DNA from: an uncultured Deinococcaceae bacterium
GTDB taxonomy: Bacteria; Deinococcota; Deinococci; Deinococcales; Deinococcaceae
Length of the DNA stretch: 64,000 nucleotides
Direction: 5' to 3'
Assembly: GCA_964252075.1 (NCBI GenBank)
Contig: CAXULY010000014.1
Location: 32,001-96,000, forward strand
Shown: in pieces, positions 62,479 to 64,000 of the stretch
Position numbering within the stretch: the stretch's first letter is position 1
Layout of the letters: each line of letters starts with the position of its first letter
Notes under the pieces: generated by a model
The model's database searches: none
The model's input: only the letters and a program-made list of their open reading frames with translations
What the model was told of the DNA's origin: nothing
Translations under genes and position numbers: made by a program

Positions 62479-62927
62479 AGCTCAGTCTGGAGTGGGCGAC
62501 ATGGGCACTCCACCCAACTGTGTAAAGGCGCCTTGGTCGTGGGACGCGCGGAGGTGCGCCTGCCGCACCCGCCTGAACGATGCCGTTCCGGGACGGCGAT
62601 CAGCGCCCCGCTCCATGCATTGAGCGCCCCGCGTGAAGGAGTAGCTTTGGGTTGGGTATTCAAGCATGACGGGCACGCGCCGAAAGGAGGGCCTCCCGGC
62701 GCGTTCTGCCCGAATCTGCTGCCCTGATCGCACGACGCCAACGTGACGGGAGGACCCGTGGTCCATTCTGACCGTGCCGACTGGTCAGGCCAATTGCTGG
62801 AATGAGTCCCTTACCTCTTCGTGGCTACGGTCCTGTCGTCCCGGTCCTCGCCGCACCTGAGCGTTCACAACCGTGCGAATTCCGTGCGGAAGCGTTGAGC
62901 TGCAGCTGAAGCCCCGCACAAGCCCAA

Positions 62928-63719
62928 TTACGCCCTGCCTGGATCGGGGGTGGCGGAGTGCGCATCGGCGCGCATGACGGTGAGCCCCAGCGCCTCGAAA
63001 GGTTGGATGGCAGCGTCCTCGACGTCGTGCTCCACAATCATGCCGCTCACTTCGGTGACGGGGGCGATCACGAAGGGCGACGCCACGCCGAGCTTTTCGC
63101 GCGAGGCCAGAACGATGGTTTCCGCCGCGCGCCGGGAAAGGGCGCGCTTCACGAGCGCATCCTCAAGGTTCCCCGTGCTGAGGCCCGCATCGACGTGCAC
63201 GCCCGTCACGCCCAGAAAGAAGAGGTCCGCCCGGATGTGACCCATCGCCTCGATGGTCGCGGCTCCCACCGCGACCACGGAGTGTTTGTCCAGCACCCCG
63301 CCAAGCACAATGACGTCGACGGTCGGGTGGGCGGCGAGTTCGACGGCGATGGTGGGGCTGTGCGTAACCACGGTCGCGTGCAGGTCGCGCGGCAGGTGCC
63401 GCGCAACCTGCACGGCGGTGGTGCCGCCGTCCAGCAGGACCACCTGACCGGTCTGCACGAGTCGGGCGGCGGCCTGGCCGATCGCGCGCTTGCCTTCGCG
63501 GCTGATGCGTGTGCGTTCGTCGAAGGTCGCTTCCGCGGGTGCGGCGGGGAGGGCGCCGCCGTGCACGCGCTGCAGCTTGCCTTCGGCCGCCAGTTCACGC
63601 AGGTCGCGGCGGATGGTGTCCTCGGAGAGGTTCAGGTCGCGGCTCAGCTGCTTGGCGACGATCTGCCCGTCGCGCTGCAGGAGGGTGAGGATGTGTTGCT
63701 TGCGTTGGCTGGTGAGCAC
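62928..63719 (-). CDS. DeoR/GlpR-family regulator
   Basis: LSEDTIRRDLRELA, RVHGGA and LDGGTT motifs. Confidence 0.95.
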   Translation of the reverse strand: MLTSQRKQHILTLLQRDGQIVAKQLSRDLNLSEDTIRRDLRELAAEGKLQRVHGGALPAAPAEATFDERTRISREGKRAIGQAAARLVQTGQVVLLDGGTTAVQVARHLPRDLHATVVTHSPTIAVELAAHPTVDVIVLGGVLDKHSVVAVGAATIEAMGHIRADLFFLGVTGVHVDAGLSTGNLEDALVKRALSRRAAETIVLASREKLGVASPFVIAPVTEVSGMIVEHDVEDAAIQPFEALGLTVMRADAHSATPDPGRA

Positions 63720-63739
63720 CGTACTGCCACTCTACATGC

Positions 63740-63769
63740 TGCACGATTTTTCTTGACTTTGCACGAAAT
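63740..63769. promoter_or_regulatory. 10-bp-period direct repeats (TGCACGA twice), candidate DeoR operator over a TTGACT -35
   Basis: tgcacgattt ttcttgactt tgcacgaaat. Confidence 0.55.
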
Positions 63770-63853
63770 TGCGTTCTATGGTGATGATGTGCGCATCGCC
63801 ATTGGGCAGCCAGCAGCCCGCCACCATCCAGCGGTGCGGAAAGGATTCCCTTA

Positions 63854-64000
63854 ACGACCCATGACCGCGTGCAGATTCACGACGTCCAGCTCCTGTCCGC
63901 CGACTGGGCGGTGCTCAAGAAGACCAGCTTCTCCTGGCTCCGACGCGACGGCACGTGGCAACGCCAGCACCGCGAGACCTACGACCGCGGCAATGGCGCG
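63854..64000 (+). CDS. nudK: N-terminus of a NudK/YffH-like Nudix hydrolase (runs off the window; start codon uncertain)
   Basis: DRVQIHDVQLLSADWAVLKKTSF...RRDGTWQRQHRETYDRGNGA; divergent from deoR. Confidence 0.75.

Overview
A high-GC (roughly 70% by eye) stretch of what is most likely a Deinococcus plasmid or chromid. The host assignment is an inference from the Rep/Par families, the many leaderless TANNNT-N5-7-start genes and the gene content. The centre holds a complete replicon: a replication initiator gene (28861-30216) with an upstream AT-rich stretch and about 12 helically phased 17-bp iterons, and a short ParA plus a small RHH-like partner preceded by four arrays of tandem 8-bp repeats (candidate centromere). 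The cargo is accessory. It includes three STAND-type ATPase regulators next to secreted or lipoprotein genes (one module pseudogenised), a DUF1175/thioester alpha-2-macroglobulin/HExxH locus, a peptide ABC transporter lacking ATPase genes plus an M14 peptidase, several regulator-enzyme or regulator-efflux pairs (LysR/SDR, two TetR, PadR/FAD monooxygenase, two DeoR), a chloramphenicol-phosphotransferase-like gene, a GAF/PAS histidine kinase, a GGDEF protein and decayed relics (IS5, kinase fragments). Best candidates for undescribed biology: (i) four dispersed small proteins of 67-78 aa sharing a gapless core motif; (ii) a SARP-ATPase/lipoprotein module with a conserved RTCAY-N6-RTCAY-N11-(-10) promoter; (iii) the octamer centromere of the Par system. 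No rRNA, tRNA or CRISPR array was recognised. All calls come from manual reading and motif recall; no database search was run.
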